From: Porphyromonas sp. | Lineage (GTDB): Bacteria > Bacteroidota > Bacteroidia > Bacteroidales > Porphyromonadaceae | Direction: 5' to 3' | Length of the DNA: 64,000 bases | Assembly: GCA_041791495.1 (NCBI GenBank) | Contig: JBHBLB010000050.1 | Coordinates: 9,522-73,521 of the forward strand | In this document: in pieces, positions 27,770 to 37,338 of the stretch | Numbering within the stretch: position 1 is the stretch's first letter | Layout of the letters: each line of letters opens with the position of its first letter | Notes under the pieces: model-generated | The model's input: only the letters and a program-made list of their open reading frames with translations | The model's database searches: none | What the model was told of the DNA's origin: nothing | Made by a program: the position numbers and the translations under genes

Positions 27770-28495
27770 TTACTTACGACTTTTGGGTGCGGTCATGAGG
27801 AAATTGACGTCGGCTGTCGGCTTGATCTCTCTCGGAGCTTTCCCCTGGAGGAATATACGAGCTTTCTTCTCTCCAAGCATAGTGAGCTTGTCGCCTTCGA
27901 GGAGCAGTCGGGAGCCTTCGCGCAAGCCTATCACGTACTTCCCGGGATTGGCTGCGATGTATTCCATGATGCGCTGCTCGCGTGTCTCCCCACCGTGATT
28001 GTCGGGATGCACATCGAGGTAGTGCGGATTGATTTGGAATGGCACGAGGTTAAGGGCCTCGAAGCTCAAGGGTTGTACTATAGGCATATCGTTGGTGGTA
28101 CAGATGGTAGGGCAGGCTACGTTGGCACCCGCGCTCCAACCTACATAAGGTACGCCTGCACGCACACGTTCGCGTATGGCATGTAGGATACCTCCCTCCT
28201 GCATCATACGTAGAAGCCTGAATGTATTGCCGCCGCCGATCATGATTGCTTTGGCTTCGGCGATGGCACGTAGCGGTTCGTCGAACGTATGGATGCCTCT
28301 CACCTTTACACCGTGAGGGGCAAGGGCTTTGTTTACCTTCTCGACATACTCGTCGAATGTGGGGATGACTCCTGCGAAAGGTATGAATACGACCTCGCCC
28401 TTGGCGTTACCAAGGTGACGAGCTATATCTTGGCCCGGCTTCTCGAGGTAGGTCTCTCCTGGCGACGCAGAGTTACTTATAAGCAATAGTTTCAT
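27770..28495 (-). CDS. pepE: Dipeptidase E (peptidase S51)
   Basis: IGGGNTF, GWSAGAN, PFQINPHY and GETREQRI. Start MKLLLIS (28495), or 28522. Confidence 0.95.
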   Translation of the reverse strand: MKLLLISNSASPGETYLEKPGQDIARHLGNAKGEVVFIPFAGVIPTFDEYVEKVNKALAPHGVKVRGIHTFDEPLRAIAEAKAIMIGGGNTFRLLRMMQEGGILHAIRERVRAGVPYVGWSAGANVACPTICTTNDMPIVQPLSFEALNLVPFQINPHYLDVHPDNHGGETREQRIMEYIAANPGKYVIGLREGSRLLLEGDKLTMLGEKKARIFLQGKAPREIKPTADVNFLMTAPKSRK

Positions 28496-28588
28496 ATCTC
28501 TATTATTAAGATGATTAGGCATTGCCGTGTGGCAACTCCTACAAATATAACTGTTTTCCTCCTAAACAATACCCTCCGGGGGTATACT

Positions 28589-28990
28589 CTACTCGCTCTT
28601 CTCGGGTTCCGATGACGGAACTTCCCTGACCCTGTCGAAAACGAGTGCAGAAGAGTCACCACGGAGTAGGAGCATCACGCTGTCGTTGATCTCATGGATG
28701 AAGAGCTCTGATATACCTATGCGCTCATAGATGGTAAGTGTGTCGCCTCTCACTTCCCACTCTCCGGGACGGTCTTTGCCGCCGCCGAGGTGATCTCTGA
28801 ACTGTTGTGTGAGCAGCCCGTCCTCATGGAAGATGGATCGGTACACGACTCCGTTGTTTACTTCACGCATCTGCCATGTCCCCAGGATGCGCTCCGAGAA
28901 GGGACGGGTATCCTCTTTCGGTCTGCTCGTACACGCCGCAGCGAGGAGAAGGACCCCTACCGTGACGCTCATCATCAATTTCTTTCCCAT
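28589..28990 (-). CDS. Lipoprotein, lipocalin-like fold suggested
   Basis: Lipobox AAA-C; ILGTWQM and GEWEVRGDTL pattern. Confidence 0.55.
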   Translation of the reverse strand: MGKKLMMSVTVGVLLLAAACTSRPKEDTRPFSERILGTWQMREVNNGVVYRSIFHEDGLLTQQFRDHLGGGKDRPGEWEVRGDTLTIYERIGISELFIHEINDSVMLLLRGDSSALVFDRVREVPSSEPEKSE

Positions 28991-29012
28991 GTTACTAACG
29001 TTTTGTTTGCCA

Positions 29013-29020
29013 CAAAGATA
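29013..29020 (-). promoter_or_regulatory. Sigma-A -7 box (TATCTTTG) for lipoprotein 28990
   Basis: Exact match 22 bp upstream of the start. Confidence 0.6.
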
Positions 29021-29138
29021 TATCTATTTCTTGGAGTATGATAGAGTCCCCCTCTGCTCTCTTTGCGATCGGGGCGGGACAATCTCCCTGACTGCGCCCC
29101 CCTCGTGTCGGATAGAAAACATCGGGAGGACGGGATGT

Positions 29139-29232
29139 GAAGCTCTTTCCCGGGGCGGAAAGGTAATAATCAGTCCCTGAAAACTACTTTTCTGCTCCTG
29201 AAAACTACTTTCCCACCCCGGAAAAGAGCTCT
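29139..29232. repeat. 94-bp modular element, copy E
   Basis: gaagctctttcc-cggggcg-gaaaggtaataatc-agtccct-gaaaactacttttc-tgctcct-gaaaactactttcc-caccccg-gaaaagagctct. Confidence 0.9.
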
Positions 29233-29295
29233 TGATGCGGTAGAAGTCAATTTCCTTACGGCATCTTTACCTCTTTCTACTCGGGAAAAGCGAGA

Positions 29296-29327
29296 GGCTG
29301 TGCCATAACTTGAGTTATGACACAGCC
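29296..29327 (-). terminator. Terminator of the S41 peptidase operon
   Basis: ggctgtgccataac-ttga-gttatgacacagcc hairpin. Confidence 0.7.
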
Positions 29328-29358
29328 CCCTTTTACTTATATGTGTGGTAAGGAGGGA

Positions 29359-32300
29359 TCAGAAAGACTTCCAACGCCCAGCCTTGATGTCGTCTAAGAG
29401 TGTCTTGACGGCTGCTTCCATCTGGGTATCTTCTCCCTTGAGGACCTTATCGAAGTCCAGGGTCGCCTTGACATCCGGTTCGAGTTGGAAGTTCTCGAGA
29501 TAGTAACCTTCGGCTGTCTTGTAGCCTACGGCAGGGATCCCGAAGTAGAGTGTCGGGTCTTGGAGAGTTACCCAGTTTACGCTCGTCATCGTACCCGGTA
29601 CTGGCATCCCTACGAGCTTGCCGATGCCGAGGTGCTTGTAGACCCAGGGGCTTCCGTGGGCGTTGCTGTAGTCGGCTTCGCACATGACCATGACACTGCC
29701 GTGGTTCCATCGACGGCTTGGCATCTCGCAGTAGTCCTTCCCACGGATAGTCTGCTGGAGGTATTTCTTACTGTTGAAGAATACTTCGAGGTCTTCGTGC
29801 AGACGTCCTCCGCCATTGTAGCGAATGTCGATCACTATCCCCTCCCTGTCGTAGTACTTGCCCATCACGTCGGAATAGAGTGTGCGGAAGCTCGGGTCGC
29901 CCATCGAGGGCACGTGTACATAGCCGAGACGTCCTCCGGAAAGGCGCTCGACTTCGGCAGCACGCTGCTTCACCCAACGGTTGTACAGGAGCTCTTCGAG
30001 TGCCGCTGCGGATATACCCTTGACGCTTTCCGTCCATCGCTCACCACTCTGAGGAGAGTAGAGAGATACGGATATATTACGGCGCACTTTGCCATTGAGG
30101 AGCGGGAAGTAGTCCATGCCGGCTTTGATCTCTTCGCCATCGATCTTCTCGATGATGTCACCTGCTTTCACCTTGCTGAAAGAGGTGTCGAAGGGTCCGT
30201 TGTCTACCACTTCGTCGATGCGTAGACCGTCTTTGCCCTTGCCCGGAGAGGAGAGGAAGAGACCGAGCTCGGCGGTGGGTTCGGCAATACCTCCCCAACG
30301 ATAGCCTGAACCGGTATGGGAGACGTTGAGCTCTCCAAGGAGCTCGCTGAGCATCTCAGCGAAGTCGTGGTTGTTGGAGATATAGGGCAGGTAGCGTTCG
30401 TATCGCTTGGTAAGAGCATCCCAATCTACTCCGTGCATCCCTGCATCGTAGAAGCGTAAGCCCTCTTCCCTCTTCACTTCGGCAAACATATAGGCTCTCT
30501 CCGCCGCGAGATCCACTGTGCGGTCAGCAATGAAGGTGATCGGCTTGAGCTGCTCTCCGGCAATGGTGAGCTTCTGCATACTAGCTCCGATGATGAAGAT
30601 GTGCTTGCCATCCTTGTCCATCTGGAGTATGGCACCGCCGCCATTGAGCTTCTTGATGAGCTTTGTGGAGCGTTTGCGGAGGTCGTGTGCCCAGAGGTCG
30701 TAGCCGTCTTCGAAACTTGAGAGGTAGTAGAGCGTCTTGCCGTCTTTGGTCACTACGGCATCGCCGAGGTTCGAAGAGTTAGGGGTGAGGCGGACGATGC
30801 GGTCATCCATATTGCGCCACTCGATGTTGATGAGCTTCTCTTTCGCAGGCTCCTCTTTCTTGTCGCTCTTCTTGTCTTTGTCTTTCTTCTCTGCGGCTTC
30901 CTTCTCTTTCTTTAGAGCCTTCTCACGCTCCGTGAAGAGCTCGAACTCCTCTTCGTTCATCCTGTACTTGTCGTACGCTTCACGGTTGAGGAACGCTACC
31001 ATCACGTCCATCTGCGATCCCCAAGAAGCGTGGTTGCGCATACCATATCGTTCGCTGGCAAATATGATGGCATTGCCATCCAGTGCCCAACGAGGGTTGG
31101 CATTGAAGTAACCGCTGTTGGTAATGTTGAAGACGGGCTCACCACCCTTTGCGCTTACGATACCTATATCTGTATAAGGAGCATGGTCTCGGGCTACGTA
31201 CTCGATGGCAAACCATTTGCTATCGGGGCTCCACTCAAAGCTCATGCGCCCGTCTTCTCCGTGTTGGATCTTCGGATCTGTCACCTTACGCAGACTCTTT
31301 TCTTTGAGATTGTACACGGCAAGGACCTTACGCCCGAGCACAAATGCTACCTCCTTGCCGTCGGGCGAAAAGGCAGGATGCATCTTCTCTTCCTTATTTC
31401 CCGGGATGAGAAGCTCTTCTTTTATTACCGTTGCATTGGGAAAGTTGATCTCTTCTTTGCTTTCTATCGTAGCTTTATATAGATCCCACTTGCCGTTTCG
31501 GTTAGCCGCGTAGACAAGGGTGCGGTTATCGGCACCGAAAGATACGCTTGCTTCGCCCTCTGCTGTCGCCGTGATACGCTTCGTGGTCGCATAATCCACT
31601 GCCGTTACATAGACATCTCCTCGCATCACAAAGGCAATCTGCTTGCCGTCGGGCGATACCGATGCCGACGACATACCCCTCATGAGGCGGCTGTGTTCGG
31701 GCTGGTCGGTAGAGACGTCCGAAAGGATGGAGATCTTGACCCGCTGAGGCTTATTGCCCGGAGTGAGGGTGTAGATCTCTCCTGCGTAACTGAAGCAGAG
31801 AAGACCCTGGTTGGAGATCGAGAGGAAACGTACCGGCTCGTCTTTAAGATCGGTAAGGGCGCGTCCTTCGGCTGCAGGGGCATTGAGGTCTTTTTCGTAG
31901 ACGTTGAGCTGCTTACCGTTACGTTGGCTCACGAAGTACACTTTCTTCCCGTCAGGACTATAGATAGGGTAGAGGTCTTCTCCGTCATGCTCCACGACAA
32001 ATCTATGCTTTCCCGTCTTGGTGTCATACTCAAGGATGTCGCGAGTTACGGAAGAAGTGTGCTTCTTGCGCCATTCGTTCTCAAAGCCCTTTATATTCTG
32101 ATAGAGGAATCGTGTGCCATCGGGCGAGTAAGAGATGTACTCCGCCGGTGTAGATAATATCTGTTCCGGACGACCGCCTGCGACCGGGACGGCGTACACT
32201 TCACTAAGTCGAGCGGTAGGGAATAGGGCACTCGTGTGCGGATCCTGGTAGTGTGCTCTGAAAACAACCTGTTTCCCATCCCGAGTGAATGCATACGGTC

Positions 32301-32646
32301 TCTCACCAGATGAGTGAGTGGTGAGCTTGCGAGCCGCACCTCCCTGCGCAGGCATTATGTAGATGTTGTTGCCGGCATTGTCACGGTTGCTCACGAAAGC
32401 TATATGTCTGCTGTCCGGGCTCCATACGGGATTAGTGTCGTATGCGCTATTGGTGGTGAGCCTGATGGCTTCTCCACCCCCGACGGGCACTTTATATATG
32501 TCGCCTTTGTAGGTGAAGGCGATCTCCTTTCCGTCCGGAGAGATGGCAGGGTACCTGAGCCATAGCGGACGATCTTCTGTCGCTGCTGCAGAGATGGCGT
32601 ATAGTGAGAGAGCCACGGTGCAGAGCATCTTCTTCAGATTTCTCAT
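29359..32646 (-). CDS. Tricorn-protease-like S41 family peptidase
   Basis: Signal peptide, PD40/beta-propeller repeats (SPDGK), PDZ, GYVHVPSM, DIRYNGGGRL and SNAHG catalytic region. Confidence 0.92.
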   Translation of the reverse strand: MRNLKKMLCTVALSLYAISAAATEDRPLWLRYPAISPDGKEIAFTYKGDIYKVPVGGGEAIRLTTNSAYDTNPVWSPDSRHIAFVSNRDNAGNNIYIMPAQGGAARKLTTHSSGERPYAFTRDGKQVVFRAHYQDPHTSALFPTARLSEVYAVPVAGGRPEQILSTPAEYISYSPDGTRFLYQNIKGFENEWRKKHTSSVTRDILEYDTKTGKHRFVVEHDGEDLYPIYSPDGKKVYFVSQRNGKQLNVYEKDLNAPAAEGRALTDLKDEPVRFLSISNQGLLCFSYAGEIYTLTPGNKPQRVKISILSDVSTDQPEHSRLMRGMSSASVSPDGKQIAFVMRGDVYVTAVDYATTKRITATAEGEASVSFGADNRTLVYAANRNGKWDLYKATIESKEEINFPNATVIKEELLIPGNKEEKMHPAFSPDGKEVAFVLGRKVLAVYNLKEKSLRKVTDPKIQHGEDGRMSFEWSPDSKWFAIEYVARDHAPYTDIGIVSAKGGEPVFNITNSGYFNANPRWALDGNAIIFASERYGMRNHASWGSQMDVMVAFLNREAYDKYRMNEEEFELFTEREKALKKEKEAAEKKDKDKKSDKKEEPAKEKLINIEWRNMDDRIVRLTPNSSNLGDAVVTKDGKTLYYLSSFEDGYDLWAHDLRKRSTKLIKKLNGGGAILQMDKDGKHIFIIGASMQKLTIAGEQLKPITFIADRTVDLAAERAYMFAEVKREEGLRFYDAGMHGVDWDALTKRYERYLPYISNNHDFAEMLSELLGELNVSHTGSGYRWGGIAEPTAELGLFLSSPGKGKDGLRIDEVVDNGPFDTSFSKVKAGDIIEKIDGEEIKAGMDYFPLLNGKVRRNISVSLYSPQSGERWTESVKGISAAALEELLYNRWVKQRAAEVERLSGGRLGYVHVPSMGDPSFRTLYSDVMGKYYDREGIVIDIRYNGGGRLHEDLEVFFNSKKYLQQTIRGKDYCEMPSRRWNHGSVMVMCEADYSNAHGSPWVYKHLGIGKLVGMPVPGTMTSVNWVTLQDPTLYFGIPAVGYKTAEGYYLENFQLEPDVKATLDFDKVLKGEDTQMEAAVKTLLDDIKAGRWKSF

Positions 32647-32654
32647 AGATACAA

Positions 32655-33731
32655 TTATAATAGTTGGTTTTGTGGATGATTTGGCATATATAAATTGTGA
32701 GGAAGAGATAGTACTTCTCTCACGTGTTTCGTAATCTCATCGACATCAAGTCTGTACAGGCACGCATAATCATTACGACGGCACGGTACCTGACCATAGA
32801 TAGAGCAAGGGCGACAGTCGAGAGCGACCCCCAGACAGTGCCCTTCTCCCTGACCGAAGGGCAAGAAGCCTGCGGCGGGATGAGTGGCACCCCAGAGGGA
32901 AACGACCGGTGTTGCCACCATTGCTGCGATATGTTGGTTGGCACTGTCCATGCTCACCATACAGCCGAGAGCGGCGATCTCCTCTATCTCTCCGGATAGG
33001 CTCGATGCGGAGGATACCCTGACGCGAGCATCCTTCCCCTCAGCTATCGTGGCAAGGGCTTCTTTCTCCCGTCCGGGTGCTCCGTAGAGGATGAGTTCAT
33101 GCTCGGGCAGGGCTTCGAGAAGTGCCTCTATCAGTCGCAGGAGGACTGCCTCCGGGAGCCTCTTTCCTTTATGCTGAGCAAAGGGTGCTATGCCTATGCT
33201 CCTCGTCCGCTCCCAGTCGAAGCGTATCGGTCGTCCGCCATGGGGTAGAGAGAGACCCGCACGAGAGAGGGTGTCGGCATAGAGAGAGGTCATCGGTGTG
33301 ACGTATAGCTCACGAGGTACGGTCAGGGCGGGCTTGCGAGAGAGTAGGCTCTTGCGCTCCTTTCTTGGCTTACGTAGCACGACCACTTTGTGCCCCAAGA
33401 GTCTCAGTGTAGTGCGACAAAGTTTCGTCCGTAGCACATCGTGCATATCCACCACTACGGCTCGCGGGTATGTCTTGTGGAGCATCCGGGCGAGGGCAAT
33501 CATATCGTGCCACTTCCCGCTCCGTTCCGTGTCGTGCGGGAGTACCTGAAGGTTCTCCGGCGGAGCCACGAAGAGCTTTGCCATGAATGGCTTCGTAACA
33601 AAGACGATGTGACTTCCGGGATTACCCGAAGCCACATCATAGACATACGGCACCGTCATCGCCACATCTCCGAGTGCGGAAAAGCGGAATATGATATACT
33701 CTTCTCTTTTGGGTGAATGTATCGGTACCAA
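32655..33731 (-). CDS. Glycosyltransferase family 9 protein
   Basis: RFSALGDVAM, DMHDVLRT, SMDSANQHIA and CRPCSIYG. Confidence 0.9.
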   Translation of the reverse strand: MVPIHSPKREEYIIFRFSALGDVAMTVPYVYDVASGNPGSHIVFVTKPFMAKLFVAPPENLQVLPHDTERSGKWHDMIALARMLHKTYPRAVVVDMHDVLRTKLCRTTLRLLGHKVVVLRKPRKERKSLLSRKPALTVPRELYVTPMTSLYADTLSRAGLSLPHGGRPIRFDWERTRSIGIAPFAQHKGKRLPEAVLLRLIEALLEALPEHELILYGAPGREKEALATIAEGKDARVRVSSASSLSGEIEEIAALGCMVSMDSANQHIAAMVATPVVSLWGATHPAAGFLPFGQGEGHCLGVALDCRPCSIYGQVPCRRNDYACLYRLDVDEITKHVREVLSLPHNLYMPNHPQNQLL

Positions 33732-33774
33732 GATCTCTATTGCGGATATATGTGTCGTCTCTGTGCCCTTGCGC

Positions 33775-34392
33775 TCACTTCTTTCCGTAGAGGACCGGGT
33801 TGAGGTTCGGGTCGTTGTACATCTTCATTTGCTTGTAGACCTTCATGTACTTCCTGCCGATGGCGAAGTCATCCAGCAACACATTGATGGCTGAGGTCAG
33901 GTCTTTGTTTTGCATCTCAAGGACATTGAGCTTGCGAGAGCACGTATCGCGATGGTCATCATCCACATCTTCGCGCTCCGTCTCTACCCTCATGTGGTAG
34001 ATCTTGAGCTGAAGGATCGATAGGCGGTCTACGGCCCATGCCGGGCTTTCGGTATTGATGGTCGCATCGGGAAGCACCTTTACCTCCCTGAACTTATCGA
34101 GGAAGTAACTGTCGATAAGCTCCACGAGGTCGGTACGCTCCTGGTTCGAGCGGTCTATGCGTCGCTTGATGGCAAGGGCTTCTACCGGGTCTATGGAGGG
34201 GTTGCGTATGATGTCTTCGAGGTGCCATTGTACAGTATCTATCCAGCACTTGAGGTAGAGGTAGTACTCTATTGTCTTGAAGTCGTAGGGACATACCATC
34301 TCTGCATCCACATCGTCCGTGATGTGGTAGTCGGCGATAGCTTTGTTGAAGATCTGCACTGCCGCTTCGCTAAATATGGGTGAAAGCATCAT
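33775..34392 (-). CDS. DUF4254 domain protein
   Basis: WIDTVQWHLED, RIDRSNQERTD, TESPAWAVDRLSIL and KVYKQMKMYNDP. Confidence 0.85.
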   Translation of the reverse strand: MMLSPIFSEAAVQIFNKAIADYHITDDVDAEMVCPYDFKTIEYYLYLKCWIDTVQWHLEDIIRNPSIDPVEALAIKRRIDRSNQERTDLVELIDSYFLDKFREVKVLPDATINTESPAWAVDRLSILQLKIYHMRVETEREDVDDDHRDTCSRKLNVLEMQNKDLTSAINVLLDDFAIGRKYMKVYKQMKMYNDPNLNPVLYGKK

Positions 34393-34545
34393 TTCTTTCT
34401 ATTTTTCATTGTAGGTTAATGACTTATCGGAGTGTAAAGATAGCCATAATAATGTGTATGGAAAAACCTTTCCCTCCTATCCCCTCCGAGTGTTACATCC
34501 AAGAGTCGGAGAGTTGCCGTAGCGTTTTTGATTTCTATCGGTCAT

Positions 34546-34639
34546 GACCTTATGTTCAGCCCCTGATTATTGGTTTTCCGCAGCGGCCTATTACTTTTCC
34601 GCTCCCGAAAAGTAATAGGCCGCTGCGGAAAATAACTTC
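34546..34639. repeat. 94-bp modular element, copy F
   Basis: gaccttatgttc-agcccct-gattattggttttc-cgcagcg-gcctattacttttc-cgctccc-gaaaagtaataggc-cgctgcg-gaaaataacttc. Confidence 0.9.
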
Positions 34640-34777
34640 GGGTGCGGTAAGCGATAACTTCTTGCCCCGTAACCCCTTGGATTTCAATCTCTCGTGACCA
34701 TAGTGCCGTACTAAAGTCTCGGCACGTGTACTATGCACCGCACCTCGGGAGATATACCCTCCCCATAGAAACGAATG

Positions 34778-34814
34778 AAGCCCCGACGAAGAGATTACTG
34801 CTCCGTGGGGCTTT
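34778..34814 (-). terminator. Probable terminator of rprX-rprY
   Basis: aagcccc-gacg...cgt-ggggcttt stem 27 bp past the stop. Confidence 0.6.
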
Positions 34815-34840
34815 ATCGTTGTGGCAGGTGTATCTTGTGA

Positions 34841-35587
34841 TTAGATTACCTGGATGTTCTCTTCGCTGAGAGGGTACTCGGCAGCCGGAGTGATGAGCTT
34901 GTAGCCTTTGCCATGGATGTTGATGATTTCCACACGAGGATCATCCTTGAGTAGCTTACGTAGCTTGGTGATATAGACATCCATGCTGCGCGCATTGAAG
35001 TATGAGTCTTCGTTCCATATAGTCTTCAGGGCATAGTTACGCTCAAGGATCTCGTTGGCGTGCGCACAGAGGAGGTTGAGGAGATCGCACTCCTTTGTGG
35101 TAAGTTTGGTAGATTTCTCTCCGATAGATAGGATCTGCTTCTGAGTATCAAAGAGGAAGTCTCCGATCTTATAGAAAGGCACATCCTTGACCTTCTTACC
35201 CTTGACACGGCGGAGTACGGCCTCGATACGGAGGATTAGCTCCTCCATGCTGAAAGGCTTGGTAAGGTAGTCGTCGGCCCCTAGCTTGAAGCCTTCGAGG
35301 ATATCCTCTTTCATCGTCTTGGCGGTAAGGAAGATGATGGGGATCTCAGCATTGATGTCCCTGATCTCTTGAGCTAGCGTAAAGCCATCCTTCTTGGGCA
35401 TCATCACGTCAAGTACGCAAATGTCATACCCATGAGGGTCTTTGACGAAGTTCTTGAAGCCCATCTCCCCATCGGTAAATAGGGTCGCCTCATAACCTTT
35501 TGCCACGAGATACTCGCGCAGCAACATACCTAAGTTCTCATCGTCTTCGCAAAAGAAGACTCTCATTTTCTCTTCCATTTTTCTCAT
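34841..35587 (-). CDS. rprY: OmpR-family response regulator RprY
   Basis: EDDENLGMLLREYL, LDVMMPKKDGF, YFNARSMDVYITKLRK and NIHGKGYKL. Confidence 0.9.
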   Translation of the reverse strand: MRKMEEKMRVFFCEDDENLGMLLREYLVAKGYEATLFTDGEMGFKNFVKDPHGYDICVLDVMMPKKDGFTLAQEIRDINAEIPIIFLTAKTMKEDILEGFKLGADDYLTKPFSMEELILRIEAVLRRVKGKKVKDVPFYKIGDFLFDTQKQILSIGEKSTKLTTKECDLLNLLCAHANEILERNYALKTIWNEDSYFNARSMDVYITKLRKLLKDDPRVEIINIHGKGYKLITPAAEYPLSEENIQVI

Positions 35588-37071
35588 CTTGAATTTATTA
35601 GTGGTAAGTTAATAATGAATTTAGTTCCCAGTCCCGGTTCACTCTCGACACGTATCGTACCTCCGTGCTCCCGGACTATCTTATTTACATAGGCCAGACC
35701 CAACCCGAATCCCTTCACATCGTGTACATTACCTGTGGGTACTCGGAAAAATCTGTCGAAGACCTTCTTCAAGTGCTCTTTCTTTATCCCTATCCCGTTG
35801 TCCTGGATATATATGCAGAGGTGTGCGCCTTCGTTGTAGGTGCCGACGATAAGGTGAGGCGGCACGTCGGGGCGCCGGTACTTGACGGCATTGTCAAGGA
35901 GGTTGAAGAGTACGTTGGTTATATGCATCTCATCGACGTACACGTCGGTCTTCTCTGCATCTAGTTCAATGTCTATGACCCCACCGTAACTTTCCGTCTT
36001 GATGCTAAAGGTATTGGCAACGGAAATAAGCAACTCTTGGATGTCGAGTTCCTTAAACTTGAACGCGACCTTCTCCTTATCGAAGAGCGACATCTGCAGT
36101 ACTTTCTCCACAAGGAAGTTAAGTCTCTTCCCTTCGTCCGTGATGGAGCCAAGTATCTGAGTGAATACCGCCGGAGTCTTTTCCACATCCGAGTCCTTGA
36201 GCATCTGGGCTCCGAGGATGATGGTAGATACAGGAGTCTTGAGCTCGTGCGTCATGTTATTGATGAAGTCTGTCTTAAGCTCTGCCAACTTCTTCTGGCG
36301 GTAGATGAGCCAGATGGTGATGATGGCGGAGAAGAAGAGCAACGTCGTGAAGATGATAGACGGAACGAGGAAGTCGATCGACCCTGAGATGTACTTGCCT
36401 TTACCGGGAAAGTAGATACGAAGGAAGTGAAGATCGGAGGGATTGTCGTTCATGAAGAGTGCCTGAGTGTATATTCCCGTGGCATGATCTCGGGGGACGA
36501 GACCGGTGGAGTAGTATACTCGGTTGTTCTTGTCTATTACTTCGTAGACGTAGTGCAGATGCACGCCTGCATCGTTCAGGTATGAGCGCAGGTACGCTTC
36601 CAGTTGTTTCTGCTCGACTCTCTCGTAGAAAGGCTGGGCATTTTCCTTTATGAGTCTGTCGATAGCGTACTCTATCATGAGCTCTCGGATATACATCAGC
36701 TGGTTGGATAGCTGACTTTGCAGCAAGCGAGACATATCGAGCAGGCGATCGCTCTTAGGGGGCGGTGGCTTTAGCGGGTCAAGGGGGAGCTGATCCAGCT
36801 TAAAACCTTTCGGATCGATGCTTATACTCGGTTGTGTGCTTAGGCTGTTCCTGTTGCTATGTGGGAAAAGCACCTGACTATCTATGATTCGGTTTACTTC
36901 GTCCCTCTCCAACTCTCTATTCACTTGTGAGAGTGCTTTGCGAACCGATTCGTTGAACTGTTCGTTGCGGGACTTATAAACCACATTGATATAATTGACC
37001 TGCATGTACAGCAGACCGACAAATGCGGTAAGCATCACCCCAATCAATAACCAAATCGTAGACTTTCTCAT
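35584..37071 (-). CDS. rprX: Sensor histidine kinase (RprX-like)
   Basis: Two TMs, FINNMTHELKTP H-box, NLLDNAVKY, DNGIGI and GFGLGL; ATGA-coupled to rprY. Confidence 0.85.
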   Translation of the reverse strand: MRKSTIWLLIGVMLTAFVGLLYMQVNYINVVYKSRNEQFNESVRKALSQVNRELERDEVNRIIDSQVLFPHSNRNSLSTQPSISIDPKGFKLDQLPLDPLKPPPPKSDRLLDMSRLLQSQLSNQLMYIRELMIEYAIDRLIKENAQPFYERVEQKQLEAYLRSYLNDAGVHLHYVYEVIDKNNRVYYSTGLVPRDHATGIYTQALFMNDNPSDLHFLRIYFPGKGKYISGSIDFLVPSIIFTTLLFFSAIITIWLIYRQKKLAELKTDFINNMTHELKTPVSTIILGAQMLKDSDVEKTPAVFTQILGSITDEGKRLNFLVEKVLQMSLFDKEKVAFKFKELDIQELLISVANTFSIKTESYGGVIDIELDAEKTDVYVDEMHITNVLFNLLDNAVKYRRPDVPPHLIVGTYNEGAHLCIYIQDNGIGIKKEHLKKVFDRFFRVPTGNVHDVKGFGLGLAYVNKIVREHGGTIRVESEPGLGTKFIINLPLINSR

Positions 37072-37244
37072 ATTCGCAAATAACGGATATTTACTCGATT
37101 CATTAATATAATGAGCGTTAATTTTTAACCCTCGTATTGTTAATTATGCGTATCGGGACGATGCCTTTAACACTGTGGCTTCTCTCACACGTCCGGGGGA
37201 AAATATGGTCATGTTGCGGTGAGAACTCCTCTGTTTCCGTATGA

Positions 37245-37338
37245 GGAGTTGTAATCGAGGGCGGGAAAGTAGTTTGCAGCCCTCGGTTTTTACTTTTCCG
37301 CTCTTGAAAACCGGTTTTCAGCTGCGGATTACAACTTT
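37245..37338. repeat. 94-bp modular element, copy G
   Basis: ggagttgtaatc-gagggcg-ggaaagtagtttgc-agccctc-ggtttttacttttc-cgctctt-gaaaaccggttttc-agctgcg-gattacaacttt. Confidence 0.9.
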
